A stretch of DNA of 64,000 nucleotides from an uncultured Candidatus Saccharibacteria bacterium (GCA_964544225.1 CAZIZK010000002.1:2557-66556), one strand, 5' to 3'; positions 19,747-29,054 are shown, numbered from the stretch's first letter. Made by a program: numbers and translations. Notes: a model not told the origin generated them from the letters alone.

Positions 19747-20520
19747 ATGAGTAATTCAATTAATGCTGCTTTCGTAGTTGAGCACGCAAGAAGTAAAACA
19801 AAAGGCAGAGGACCTTCTCTTGGTTTTATGGGAATTAAAAACCCCAAAAAAGCTTTAGAAAAGGCTACTTTTTTCTACAACCTGATACAGAACCTAATAG
19901 ACTCAAAGCCTCACAAGGAAAAAAGTGAAATCAGATTTCGAGAATTCAAAGATGAAGATTTTGCCAAGATGAGTCCTTTTGATAATTGCTTCGTAAGAGT
20001 AAAAAATCTGGGAGGAGAGTTCAGATATGGCCAACTTGATTTTTACTTTGTTACCGAGAATGGAAAAATCATTGATGCTAATTTTTTCTTTGAAAATGAA
20101 AAATCTATGAAAGACAGGGATATTGAGTATGATTTCAAAGTTCGATACGGGTATAGATATGATTTGGGGGATCTAAAAAATGATGTAGAAAGTATTTGTT
20201 CTTACATGCAATCAGTTCATAGAGAAGAACTAGTTTATATCATTTTGGATTTTCCTCATTTTATGGAAACATCTGTTCTCTGGCTGTCTGATTTTAAGCG
20301 GTTGTCGTTCTCTGAATCTCACTTTTCAAGCATTCCTGCTATTGAAAAAATAGTTGATGACATCTCAAGAGACCGAATCAGGGATGAAAAAGAACAACAA
20401 AAACTTCATGCCCGGAGGGATGCAAAAATAGCTGAACTCACCAAAAATGGGGACAGAGTATTCATGTGTCCTTCCTGCGGAAGAATTAGTGGCTCAAGCT
20501 CAGGGCATTACTGTGCCTAA
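19747..20520 (+). CDS. Hypothetical protein with a C-terminal C-x2-C...C zinc-ribbon
   Basis: 257 aa ending FMCPSCGRISGSSSGHYCA. Bracketed by a duplicated dprA 3' end. Confidence 0.55.
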   Translation: MSNSINAAFVVEHARSKTKGRGPSLGFMGIKNPKKALEKATFFYNLIQNLIDSKPHKEKSEIRFREFKDEDFAKMSPFDNCFVRVKNLGGEFRYGQLDFYFVTENGKIIDANFFFENEKSMKDRDIEYDFKVRYGYRYDLGDLKNDVESICSYMQSVHREELVYIILDFPHFMETSVLWLSDFKRLSFSESHFSSIPAIEKIVDDISRDRIRDEKEQQKLHARRDAKIAELTKNGDRVFMCPSCGRISGSSSGHYCA

Positions 20521-20550
20521 GTAAGAGATTCAAAATCAAAACAATTATAA

Positions 20551-20589
20551 AAGCTTATTATCTCAAAAGGATAGTAAGCTTATTTTTTT
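20551..20589. terminator. Rho-independent terminator (AAGCTTATTATC..GATAGTAAGCTT plus T-run)
   Basis: 12-bp stem with one G-U pair and a 7-nt loop, followed by T7. Lies between convergent genes. Confidence 0.5.
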
Positions 20590-21451
20590 ATATCCTCCTT
20601 ATCTCCCCATACTCTTCTTTAATCAAATCTTTTATTTCCATTATGGAAAGAAGAGCGCCGGCGCGCGAGGCATCCATGCCACTGGCACGGATCAATTCAT
20701 CACGAGGCATTGGTTCGAGAAGCAGATCTATGATCTTCATTTCATCTTTACCACAGTCGGCATATTTCTCTTTATCTGTTTGAAGTGGCTTGTCTATTGC
20801 AAAGCCGAGTGCATCGAGCAATTCATCGCTATTGGTGACTGGTGTGGCACCTTGGCGTATCAGGTTGTTGGTACCTTTTGAATTTGGGGAGAAGGCGGAC
20901 CCTGGTACAACCAATACATCACGATTGTAGTCCAGGGCCATGCGTGCAGTGATAAGTGTGCCCGACTTTTCTTGGGCTTCTATTATTAGTACCGCTTTGG
21001 ACAATCCTGCCATCAGGCGGTTGCGCTGAGGGAATGAATATAATAATGACTTTTCATCGGGTAACATTTCAGAAAGTAGGCAACCACCAGCATCGACTAT
21101 TTCTTGGGCGAGTTTTATATTGGACCGTGGGTACAGAGCCGAATTGTCCAGGCCCGAGCCTGGCATAGAAAGTGTGATCAATCCATTTTTCAATGCTGCA
21201 CGGTGGGCGATAGTGTCGATACCGAGTGCCAGGCCCGACACTATTACAATAGGGTAACCTTTTAATCCGGCGATCAACTTCTCGCATATTTCTTTGCCAT
21301 ACGAGGTAAAGTTTCGTGAACCGACAACAGCTAGGTAGACATAATCCTCTGGAGGCAATTCACCCCTGCGAAAAAGTTGTTTAGGAGGTTGTGGAATCTC
21401 GAGCAGAGGCTTTGGAAATTCCTCCTCGTTTAATTTAAAAATATCTTCCAT
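20588..21451 (-). CDS. dprA: DNA processing protein A (Smf)
   Basis: DprA Rossmann-like core (LAVVGSRNFTSYG...VIVSGLALGIDTIAHRAAL). 287 aa. Confidence 0.85.
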   Translation of the reverse strand: MEDIFKLNEEEFPKPLLEIPQPPKQLFRRGELPPEDYVYLAVVGSRNFTSYGKEICEKLIAGLKGYPIVIVSGLALGIDTIAHRAALKNGLITLSMPGSGLDNSALYPRSNIKLAQEIVDAGGCLLSEMLPDEKSLLYSFPQRNRLMAGLSKAVLIIEAQEKSGTLITARMALDYNRDVLVVPGSAFSPNSKGTNNLIRQGATPVTNSDELLDALGFAIDKPLQTDKEKYADCGKDEMKIIDLLLEPMPRDELIRASGMDASRAGALLSIMEIKDLIKEEYGEIRRI

Positions 21452-21573
21452 CCCGTTAGAGATAGGTAATCTTTAGATTACCGTACATAAATTAAATAAT
21501 AATATCAAAATTGAAAGTAATCTTTTAAAATAATCACCATAAGAAATACAAACATATATAATCTCTAACGGGA
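21452..21573 (-). repeat. Structured leader repeat, copy 2 (closing stem CCCGTTAGAGAT/ATCTCTAACGGG abutting the dprA ATG)
   Basis: Same architecture as copy 1, with compensatory changes in the stem and in the inner hairpin (GGTAATC-TAAA-GATTACC). ATGGAT lies at the distal end. Confidence 0.7.
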
Positions 21574-21626
21574 TCCATATTCAATTCGTATTTGTTTATT
21601 ATACCATTTTTGGTTATACTGTCTGT

Positions 21627-22934
21627 ATGTTAGACATCAAATTCATTCGTGAAAATACAGATATAGTAAAGGCAGGAGTTGCAAAGAAGAACTCGAGCGT
21701 CGATATCGACGCCCTTATAAAGCTCGACGACCAGAGGCTAGAGGCTCTAAAGAGGACCGAGGTTCTACGTGCCGAGCAGAACCGTATGAATGGGTCTATT
21801 TCTGTCGAGAAGGATGCATCTGTCCGCGCACAGATGATTGAAGAGATGCGCCTAGTAAAAGAAGATTTCAAAAAAGAAGAGGAGAGTCTAAAGGATATCA
21901 TGCAACAGTGGCAGGGTATGATGCTAAAGATCCCGAATATTCCATCTGTCGACACTCCAGAAGGTCCAGACGAAAGTGGCAACCAAGTTATCCGTCAGTG
22001 GGGGGAGAAGCCACAGTTCAGCTTTACTCCAAAGGAACATTTCGAAATAGGGCGTGCATTGGGCCTTATAGATACCGAGACAGCTGCCGAGGTAGCATCT
22101 TCACGTTACTCATATCTAAAGGGTGACTTGGTTATGATGCAGTTCGCACTGATCCAAATGTGTTTAAATATTTTAACCAACAAAGAAACTCTACAGAAGA
22201 TAGCAACTGAAGCCGGCGTGTCTATCGATGTAGACGCTTTTATGCCAGTGATCCCACCAGTATTTATCCGCCCACTAGTTCAGGTAAAGATGGCGCGCAT
22301 GATGGCACCCGAGGACCACTACATGTTCCCGAACGATGACCTGATGCTCATCGGTAGTGCTGAACATACACTAGGTTCAATGCATATGAATAAAATATTT
22401 GAAGAGAGTGAGTTGCCAATACGTTATGCTGGGTACTCTACTGCATTTCGTCGCGAGGCTGGTACTGCAGGTCGTGATACAAATGGCATATTGCGCCAGC
22501 ACCAGTTCGACAAGTTGGAGATGGAAGTATTCTCTCTTCCAGAGAACTCTATCCAAGAGCAGAACTTCCTCGTAGCTATCCAGGAACATGTATTGAAGAC
22601 TCTGAACTTGCCATACCAGGTGATATCAGTATGTAGTGGTGACATGGGCTTTCCAGATACACGCCAGATCGATATAGAAACATGGATGCCAGGTCAGAAC
22701 CTATACCGTGAGACTCATAGTGCCGACTCTACCGGAGGATTCCAATCACGCAGGCTCAATACTCGTGTGCGCCGTGCAGATGGCAAAATCGAGCCCGTAC
22801 ATATGAATGATGCAACAGTTGTGGCAATAGGCCGTACACTAATAGGTATTATAGAGAACTATCAACAAGAAGACGGCAGTATCCGCGTACCAGAAGCTTT
22901 GAAGAACTACCTAGGTAAAGACGTTATTAAATAA
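21627..22934 (+). CDS. serS: Seryl-tRNA synthetase
   Basis: N-terminal coiled-coil arm plus class II motifs (FRREAGTAGRDTNGILRQHQFDKLE). 435 aa. Confidence 0.95.
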   Translation: MLDIKFIRENTDIVKAGVAKKNSSVDIDALIKLDDQRLEALKRTEVLRAEQNRMNGSISVEKDASVRAQMIEEMRLVKEDFKKEEESLKDIMQQWQGMMLKIPNIPSVDTPEGPDESGNQVIRQWGEKPQFSFTPKEHFEIGRALGLIDTETAAEVASSRYSYLKGDLVMMQFALIQMCLNILTNKETLQKIATEAGVSIDVDAFMPVIPPVFIRPLVQVKMARMMAPEDHYMFPNDDLMLIGSAEHTLGSMHMNKIFEESELPIRYAGYSTAFRREAGTAGRDTNGILRQHQFDKLEMEVFSLPENSIQEQNFLVAIQEHVLKTLNLPYQVISVCSGDMGFPDTRQIDIETWMPGQNLYRETHSADSTGGFQSRRLNTRVRRADGKIEPVHMNDATVVAIGRTLIGIIENYQQEDGSIRVPEALKNYLGKDVIK

Positions 22935-22943
22935 TATTTTAAT

Positions 22944-23819
22944 ATGGCCAAAGCTAAAAGCTCGCTCGTTACATCTCCACGTATAGAGGAAATCAAACGC
23001 CGAAAGAAGAGGCGTATTCGTTTTGCTATACTTTTCTATTCCGTATCTTTTATCGTACTGGTTGTTTTGTTTACACTCGTGTCTCGTATACCAAAACTAC
23101 ATATTAAAAATATTGAAGTGAACGGCACACATATAGTAGACAGCACCCAGGTAATAGACTATACAAATAGCCAGATAAGTGGGCGCTATTTATATTTGTT
23201 CGATAAGAAGAATGCTTTCATTTACCCAAATAATAAAATACAGAAGGACCTGGTAAAGAAGTTCCCACGAATCAATAATATCGACATATCGTTGCGAGGC
23301 TTCCATACTATTGTTATAGATATCACCGAGCGAACTGGTTCGTATCTATGGTGTGGGGCAAGTATTCCAGAAGTCGTAAGTGATGCGGGGGACAATTGTT
23401 ACTTTGTAAATTCCGATGGAAAAGTTTTCGACCAGGCGCCATACTTCTCGGGTAATGTTTACTTCAAGTTTTATATACCTATCGACACTGTCGATGATGT
23501 TTTTAATAAGCAAGTTTTAGATCAACCAACTTTCCAGAAAGTGATATCATTTACCGATGGGTTGGAGGCACTGGGCGTGCATGCTGTGTCAGTGGTTATG
23601 AATAACCCTGCTGAATATGCATTCCATCTAGATCGCAAGAGTAATATTGCAGAACCTGTAATATATTTCAATAGTGAGAATGATTTAAATAAAATATTTC
23701 AGAATTTCTCATCGGCCATGAGTAAAGACGAGTTTAGAAATCAGATAAATACAAAATATGATGTTTTGCAATATATTGACCTAAGGTTTAATAATAAAGT
23801 TTTATATAAATTCCGCTAA
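22944..23819 (+). CDS. FtsQ/DivIB-like cell division protein (POTRA domain)
   Basis: Basic cytoplasmic N-terminus, single TM, POTRA-like IKNIEVNGTHIVDSTQVIDY. 291 aa. Confidence 0.55.
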   Translation: MAKAKSSLVTSPRIEEIKRRKKRRIRFAILFYSVSFIVLVVLFTLVSRIPKLHIKNIEVNGTHIVDSTQVIDYTNSQISGRYLYLFDKKNAFIYPNNKIQKDLVKKFPRINNIDISLRGFHTIVIDITERTGSYLWCGASIPEVVSDAGDNCYFVNSDGKVFDQAPYFSGNVYFKFYIPIDTVDDVFNKQVLDQPTFQKVISFTDGLEALGVHAVSVVMNNPAEYAFHLDRKSNIAEPVIYFNSENDLNKIFQNFSSAMSKDEFRNQINTKYDVLQYIDLRFNNKVLYKFR

Positions 23820-23824
23820 TGAAT

Positions 23825-23943
23825 CCCGTTAGAAGCCGCGGTCGCAAGTAAATAAATATTAATTATGATACAAGATAAAATTTTAATTTATAAATATAAT
23901 ACAGAATGTCGTGATTTTTTGATCGCGATCTGCTTCTAACGGG
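23825..23943 (+). repeat. Structured leader repeat, copy 3 (closing stem CCCGTTAGAAGC/GCTTCTAACGGG abutting the dus ATG)
   Basis: 12-bp perfect inverted repeat enclosing about 95 nt. The 3' arm ends at ATG 23944. ATGAAT at 23819-23824 overlaps the upstream TAA stop (TAATGAAT). Confidence 0.7.
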
Positions 23944-25077
23944 ATGAATAATTTCTGGCAAAATCTTCCAAAGCCTTTTATGGCACTTGCCCCTATGGCT
24001 GACGTTACCGACCCGGCATTTCGACGTATCATAGCAAAGTATGGCAAGCCCGATGTTACCTGGACCGAGTTCGTATCTGCCGACGGCTTGATGAGTGCAG
24101 GTAGGGAAGTATTGAAGAGGGACCTAGAGTATAGCGAGGTGGAACGGCCGATAGTTGCTCAACTCTTTTCCTCGCACCCGGATCGGATGCGTGGCGCAGC
24201 GAAGCTGTGCGCCGAGCTCGGCTTTGATGGTATCGATATAAACATGGGATGTCCGGATCGTAGTATAGAGAAGCAGGGCGCCGGCGCCGCCATGATCAAG
24301 ACTCCAGAGATAGCCGCGCAGATTATCCAAGCAGTGAAAGACGGTATAGCAGATGCGGGCAAGGATATCCCCGTATCAGTGAAGACTCGAGTAGGGTACA
24401 ACCAAGTTCAGATAAAAGAGTGGATACCATTCATCCTTTCACAGAATATTGATGCCCTGACAGTGCATTCAAGAACCAGGAAGGAAATGTCCAAAGTTCC
24501 AGCGCATTGGGAATATATAAAAGAAGTGGTAAAGATCCGCGACAAGATGGGTATAAAAACAAAGATATTGGGTAATGGTGATGTACGCGATATTGCCCAT
24601 GCCAGACAATTGGCAAGTGAGTCTGGTTGTGATGGTGTAATGATCGGCCGCGCAATATTTGGTAACCCGTGGTTGTTTGGAAAGGGAGCTTCTTCTCGTT
24701 CTGAATATATTCCTTCCAAAGACACGAATAATTTTCTGGTGAAAATTTTCTCTTCTCGCGCCAGAAGCATGGTGAAGGGCCTTTGGCAGAAACATATTCT
24801 TCACTCGAAGAAGCAAGACGACTCACATAAATATTGGCTACATGTGGAAAATACTATTCCAGTAAAGGAACGGTTGGAAGTGATGGTAGAGCATATGGAA
24901 CTTTTTGATCAGTTACTCGGTGACATAAAGAACTTTGCCATTATGAAGAAGCACTTCAAGGCGTATGTAAATGGCTTCGAAGGTGCCAAAGAACTCCGCA
25001 TGAAGCTCATGGATTGTCACTCTGTACCCGAAGCCCGCACTATCGTTGCAGAATTTCTAAAGACATTTAAAATGTAA
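23944..25077 (+). CDS. dus: tRNA-dihydrouridine synthase
   Basis: Dus N-terminus LAPMADVTDPAFRR and TIM-barrel FMN site. 377 aa. Confidence 0.85.
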   Translation: MNNFWQNLPKPFMALAPMADVTDPAFRRIIAKYGKPDVTWTEFVSADGLMSAGREVLKRDLEYSEVERPIVAQLFSSHPDRMRGAAKLCAELGFDGIDINMGCPDRSIEKQGAGAAMIKTPEIAAQIIQAVKDGIADAGKDIPVSVKTRVGYNQVQIKEWIPFILSQNIDALTVHSRTRKEMSKVPAHWEYIKEVVKIRDKMGIKTKILGNGDVRDIAHARQLASESGCDGVMIGRAIFGNPWLFGKGASSRSEYIPSKDTNNFLVKIFSSRARSMVKGLWQKHILHSKKQDDSHKYWLHVENTIPVKERLEVMVEHMELFDQLLGDIKNFAIMKKHFKAYVNGFEGAKELRMKLMDCHSVPEARTIVAEFLKTFKM

Positions 25078-25100
25078 AAATTATGTTTTTAAAATAAAAA

Positions 25101-25129
25101 AACTCTGAACAATTAAATTATTCAGAGTT
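25101..25129. terminator. Hairpin terminator candidate between dus and the convergent gene
   Basis: AACTCTGAA-(11 nt)-TTCAGAGTT, a 9-bp stem with an A-run upstream and a T-rich stretch downstream. Confidence 0.4.
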
Positions 25130-25151
25130 CTTTGTTAAAATTTTTACAGCT

Positions 25152-25694
25152 TTAATACCAAGGTTTATCTCCTTGTTTTAGCCAGTTTGCTAAAGCCTCA
25201 ATTTCCTCTTCAGAGAATGTTGTTGCATTTTCTCTAAAATTTATCCTGTATGCTCGGCTAACTACTTCATGATCTATATCTTTTTCTAACCATGGTCCAT
25301 AATAAGAATAATAGTGAGAAAGATACAATGTAGTGGTTGCGCCATGTGAGTTTGGGCTATCGGCAAAAAAAAGTTCTATATAAATTTTTTTATTTGGATG
25401 AAAAAGAAATTCAATTGTATGGTGGCGCGTAATAGCGCTTTTAATCTTTATATGTTGAGTATGGGGATATATAGAACTAAAGTGAAATGGTTGCAAAGAA
25501 CAACCTTGTTCGACTAAAGATTTATACATATTTTCCATAAATTTTTTTATACTAAGCTCAATCTTGCCCTCTAATTGCTTAATTGTCTCAGTGTCTTTTG
25601 GGTCCAGTTTGGCGAATTCTTCGTCAAAATGAATTATTTCAAGTTTTGTTTCCATGTGTGTAGGTTTTTTATATTTATATAGATTTTTTAGCAT
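25152..25694 (-). CDS. Hypothetical protein
   Basis: 180-aa ORF in the correct coding strand context. No recognisable motif. Start could be the internal Met at 25655. Confidence 0.5.
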   Translation of the reverse strand: MLKNLYKYKKPTHMETKLEIIHFDEEFAKLDPKDTETIKQLEGKIELSIKKFMENMYKSLVEQGCSLQPFHFSSIYPHTQHIKIKSAITRHHTIEFLFHPNKKIYIELFFADSPNSHGATTTLYLSHYYSYYGPWLEKDIDHEVVSRAYRINFRENATTFSEEEIEALANWLKQGDKPWY

Positions 25695-25758
25695 TTTGTC
25701 AAATGGTCTTTCATTTTACCTTTTTGTGTAAAGTAGTTAATTTGTTATACTTACACAA

Positions 25759-26821
25759 TATGAAGAAGGATACAAAAAAGGGGGAGGCTCATATAGCACT
25801 GTATAGGAAGTATAGGCCAGGGAACTTTGCCGATGTTATAGGCCAGGACCATATAGTAAAAGCTATCGAAGGTGCGTTGAAGGCTGGTAAAGTTTCGCAC
25901 GCATACCTTCTGACAGGGGCACGCGGTACAGGCAAGACAACTATTGCCCGTATTATTGCCAACGTTCTAGGTACATCACCAAACGATATATATGAGATGG
26001 ATGGTGCTTCGAATCGCAAGATCGAAGACGCCCGCGATATAAAGGAGAACGTTCGAACATTGCCATTTGACTCTAAATACAAAGTCTACATCCTCGACGA
26101 AGTTCACATGCTGACAAAAGAAGCTTGGAACGCACTACTGAAAACTATCGAAGAGCCACCAGAGCATGCAATATTTATCCTCGCTACTACCGAGATAGAA
26201 AAGGTCCCCGAGACTATTGTGTCACGTTGTCAGACATTTGTTTTCAAGAAGCCGACCGACATAATACTTGCAGGTGTTGTTACAAATATCGCAAAGAAAG
26301 AAGGCTATACTATCGAAGATGGTGGGGCCGAGCTCATAGCACTACTGGGTGATGGGTCATTCCGTGATACTTTGTCGACCCTCGACAAGATTATCTCTTT
26401 TGCACAAACAAACAAGATAAGCTTGCAGGATATTGTCGAGGTAACAGGTGCACCTGATACAACACTTGTAAAAGATTTTATTACAGCACTTGCAAACAAT
26501 AATATCGAGCAAGGTTACGAAACTCTAGATAAGATCGTAAAACAAAATATTGAAATGAAAGTCTACATAAAGATGGTACTAGCAATGTTGCGCCACGCAT
26601 TGATGCTACGCTATGCGCCAGCTATGAAGGCAAAGGTGGCCGACTCTGTATCAGAATCTGATATGGAATTCCTGATAGACATTATTTCCAAGAAGCCGGA
26701 ACATATATCATCACGAACACTATCTATAATACTCGAGGCATATCAAGGATTGCGATACTCATTCATCTCTTCTTTACCACTCGAGCTTGCCCTTGTTAGA
26801 ATTTTGAATAATGAAAAGTAA
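25759..26821 (+). CDS. dnaX: DNA polymerase III clamp-loader subunit gamma/tau (short form)
   Basis: AAA+ Walker A GARGTGKTT, sensor SRC motif TIVSRCQTF. The start is set at MKKDTKK (25759) rather than the ORF-track start of 25703. Confidence 0.75.
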
Positions 26822-28061
26822 AGAAAATACTATATACGATGTAATAGTTGTGGGTGGAGGAGCCTCTGGTATGATGGCTGCCTCTGTTGCGTCAGCGTTG
26901 GGTAAAAAAGTTTTAATAATAGAGAAGAACCGGGGCCTAGGTGAGAAGCTGAAGATCACTGGCGGTGGTAGGTGCAATATTACAAATGCCGAGGAAGACT
27001 TGCGTGTACTTATGAAGAACTATGGTGTGGCTGAGCCATTCCTGTATTCTGCATTTGCCCGATTCGACAACCAAGACACTTTTAAATATTTTACCGATAG
27101 GGGTTTGCCACTGGTAGTGCAGGCACGCAAGCGCGCATTTCCACACACTGAACGAGCCATCGATGTTTATAATGTAATGAAGAAGGAGTTAGAGAAGGGT
27201 GGAGTGGAGGTGATACTCGGTGCCCAGGTTACCAATATATCTACTGAGGGTAACAAAATAAAAAGTATAAATACAATAAAAGGGAATTATGTTGCAAAGT
27301 CATACATACTTGCAACTGGGGGTATGTCGCACCCAGAGACAGGTGCAACAGGTGACGGATTCAAATTCCTAAAAGATCTGGGCCACAAGATAAAAGAACC
27401 TACACCATCGATAGTGCCGCTGGAAGTGGCAGAGTCTTGGGTGCACGAACTTGCAGGAGTGTCACTGTCATTTATGAAGATCACTTTCTTCATGGAGGAC
27501 AAGAAAGCTTTTAGTAAAACGGGCAAAGTCCTCTTTACACACTTTGGACTTTCGGGCCCACTGATACTCAATAGCGCAAGTAAAGTGGGTGACTTGCTAC
27601 AAAGTGGCAAAGTAACTGCATATATCGATGCATATCCAGATACGAATCATGGCGCTCTTTCAGAAAAAATAATAAAGATATTTGATGCCAACAAGAACAA
27701 AGCTTTGAAAACTGTTTTCAAAGACATTGTTCCAGAAGGGACAGCGAAAGCCCTGCAACAAGTCTTCCCTGATATTGATTTCGAAACCAAAGTACATAGT
27801 GTTACGAAAGACATGCGCAAGCTTATAGTGCATACACTAAAGGCTCTGCCTGTAACTATTACTAACCTGATGGGTTACGATCGCGCTGTGGTAGCCGATG
27901 GTGGGGTATTGCTGACCGAAGTAGACATGAAGACTATGAAGTCTAAACTATATGACAATTTATATATCACAGGGGACTTGCTCAATATCAACCGCCCTTC
28001 GGGTGGCTACGGCCTCCAGCTGTGTTGGACTACTGGGTTTATAGCAGGTACTGAAGCATAG
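26811..28061 (+). CDS. HI0933/BaiN-family FAD-dependent flavoprotein
   Basis: VIVVGGGASGMMAA dinucleotide fold and the GGGRCNITN motif typical of the family. 416 aa. Confidence 0.75.
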   Translation: MKSKENTIYDVIVVGGGASGMMAASVASALGKKVLIIEKNRGLGEKLKITGGGRCNITNAEEDLRVLMKNYGVAEPFLYSAFARFDNQDTFKYFTDRGLPLVVQARKRAFPHTERAIDVYNVMKKELEKGGVEVILGAQVTNISTEGNKIKSINTIKGNYVAKSYILATGGMSHPETGATGDGFKFLKDLGHKIKEPTPSIVPLEVAESWVHELAGVSLSFMKITFFMEDKKAFSKTGKVLFTHFGLSGPLILNSASKVGDLLQSGKVTAYIDAYPDTNHGALSEKIIKIFDANKNKALKTVFKDIVPEGTAKALQQVFPDIDFETKVHSVTKDMRKLIVHTLKALPVTITNLMGYDRAVVADGGVLLTEVDMKTMKSKLYDNLYITGDLLNINRPSGGYGLQLCWTTGFIAGTEA

Positions 28062-28112
28062 CACTATTGACTTTTTTCTATTTTAGTGTTATTTTAAAAG
28101 AAAAAAGAAATT

Positions 28113-28385
28113 ATGCATTACTCAGAAATTGAAAATGGATTTGTTATCCTTGATGAGGACAATAATCTAGTAGTCTTTAAAAGAGACGAAACCGGCTTTA
28201 CTTTTACATGTAACCCACCAAACATGACGTGGAGTGTCATATCTACGGTGAATGGCACGAAAGTACTGGAGGAAAATGAAGAATTCCTTTTTGCTTTTGA
28301 GCAAGCCAAGGCAATTGATTTTACCATTGGGAAGGTATTCACCAACCCTGAAGTAATAAAGGTTGTGCTTGGAGGCCCTTGGTAA
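28113..28385 (+). CDS. Hypothetical 90-aa protein
   Basis: ORF is followed by a clean terminator. No recognisable motif. Confidence 0.45.
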   Translation: MHYSEIENGFVILDEDNNLVVFKRDETGFTFTCNPPNMTWSVISTVNGTKVLEENEEFLFAFEQAKAIDFTIGKVFTNPEVIKVVLGGPW

Positions 28386-28411
28386 TTATTTAAGATTTTA
28401 TTTTTTAAAAA

Positions 28412-28449
28412 ACCGACACGAGTGTTAATACACTTTGTCGGTTTTTTTA
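28412..28449 (+). terminator. Rho-independent terminator
   Basis: Hairpin ACCGACA...TGTCGGT followed by T7. Confidence 0.6.
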
Positions 28450-28531
28450 TTGGCTTGTTTTATAAGGAGATAATAGCAAAATCATAGTTATTGACTTTAT
28501 ACCTAAAATATGGTATTATATAGTAAATACA

Positions 28532-29053
28532 GTGATGAAAAGAAAAACCTTGAAAAACCTAGGCCAAGTGGCCACAGCACAGCTTGTGCAAAGAGTAATA
28601 GGTGTATCAAATGGTGTTTTCTTATCACCAATTGTTATTATCTACTTCGACAGTTATGTTAAAAGCATTGTTGTCCTGTCTTTTATATCTATTGTTATGT
28701 GTATTGCTTTAATCATGTTATATGATTTTAGTAAAAAAGATTGGCTCTTCTTAGAAGAGTTGAAACAAACACAGAATAATTTAAATGAAGATGTAGTAAT
28801 AGGTAAAAGTTCTATTACAAAAAAAATAGCAAAATGGTCAAATAAAAATAAGGGTATCTTGTTTTTATTGATAGTTTGCTTAGACCCAACGATTGCAGTT
28901 TTGTATTATCGAAAGGGGTCATATCTCTACAACGGGATAAAAGAACTTAAAATAGCAGTGTTGTTTTTAGTAAGTACTGTTGTGTATAACACAATATTTA
29001 CCTACTCTGCTACTTTCATCATTTGGCTTTGCCATTTGATAACGAATTTATAA
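28532..29053 (+). CDS. Membrane protein, unknown function
   Basis: 173 aa with four hydrophobic segments. Confidence 0.5.
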   Translation: MMKRKTLKNLGQVATAQLVQRVIGVSNGVFLSPIVIIYFDSYVKSIVVLSFISIVMCIALIMLYDFSKKDWLFLEELKQTQNNLNEDVVIGKSSITKKIAKWSNKNKGILFLLIVCLDPTIAVLYYRKGSYLYNGIKELKIAVLFLVSTVVYNTIFTYSATFIIWLCHLITNL

Positions 29054-29054
29054 A

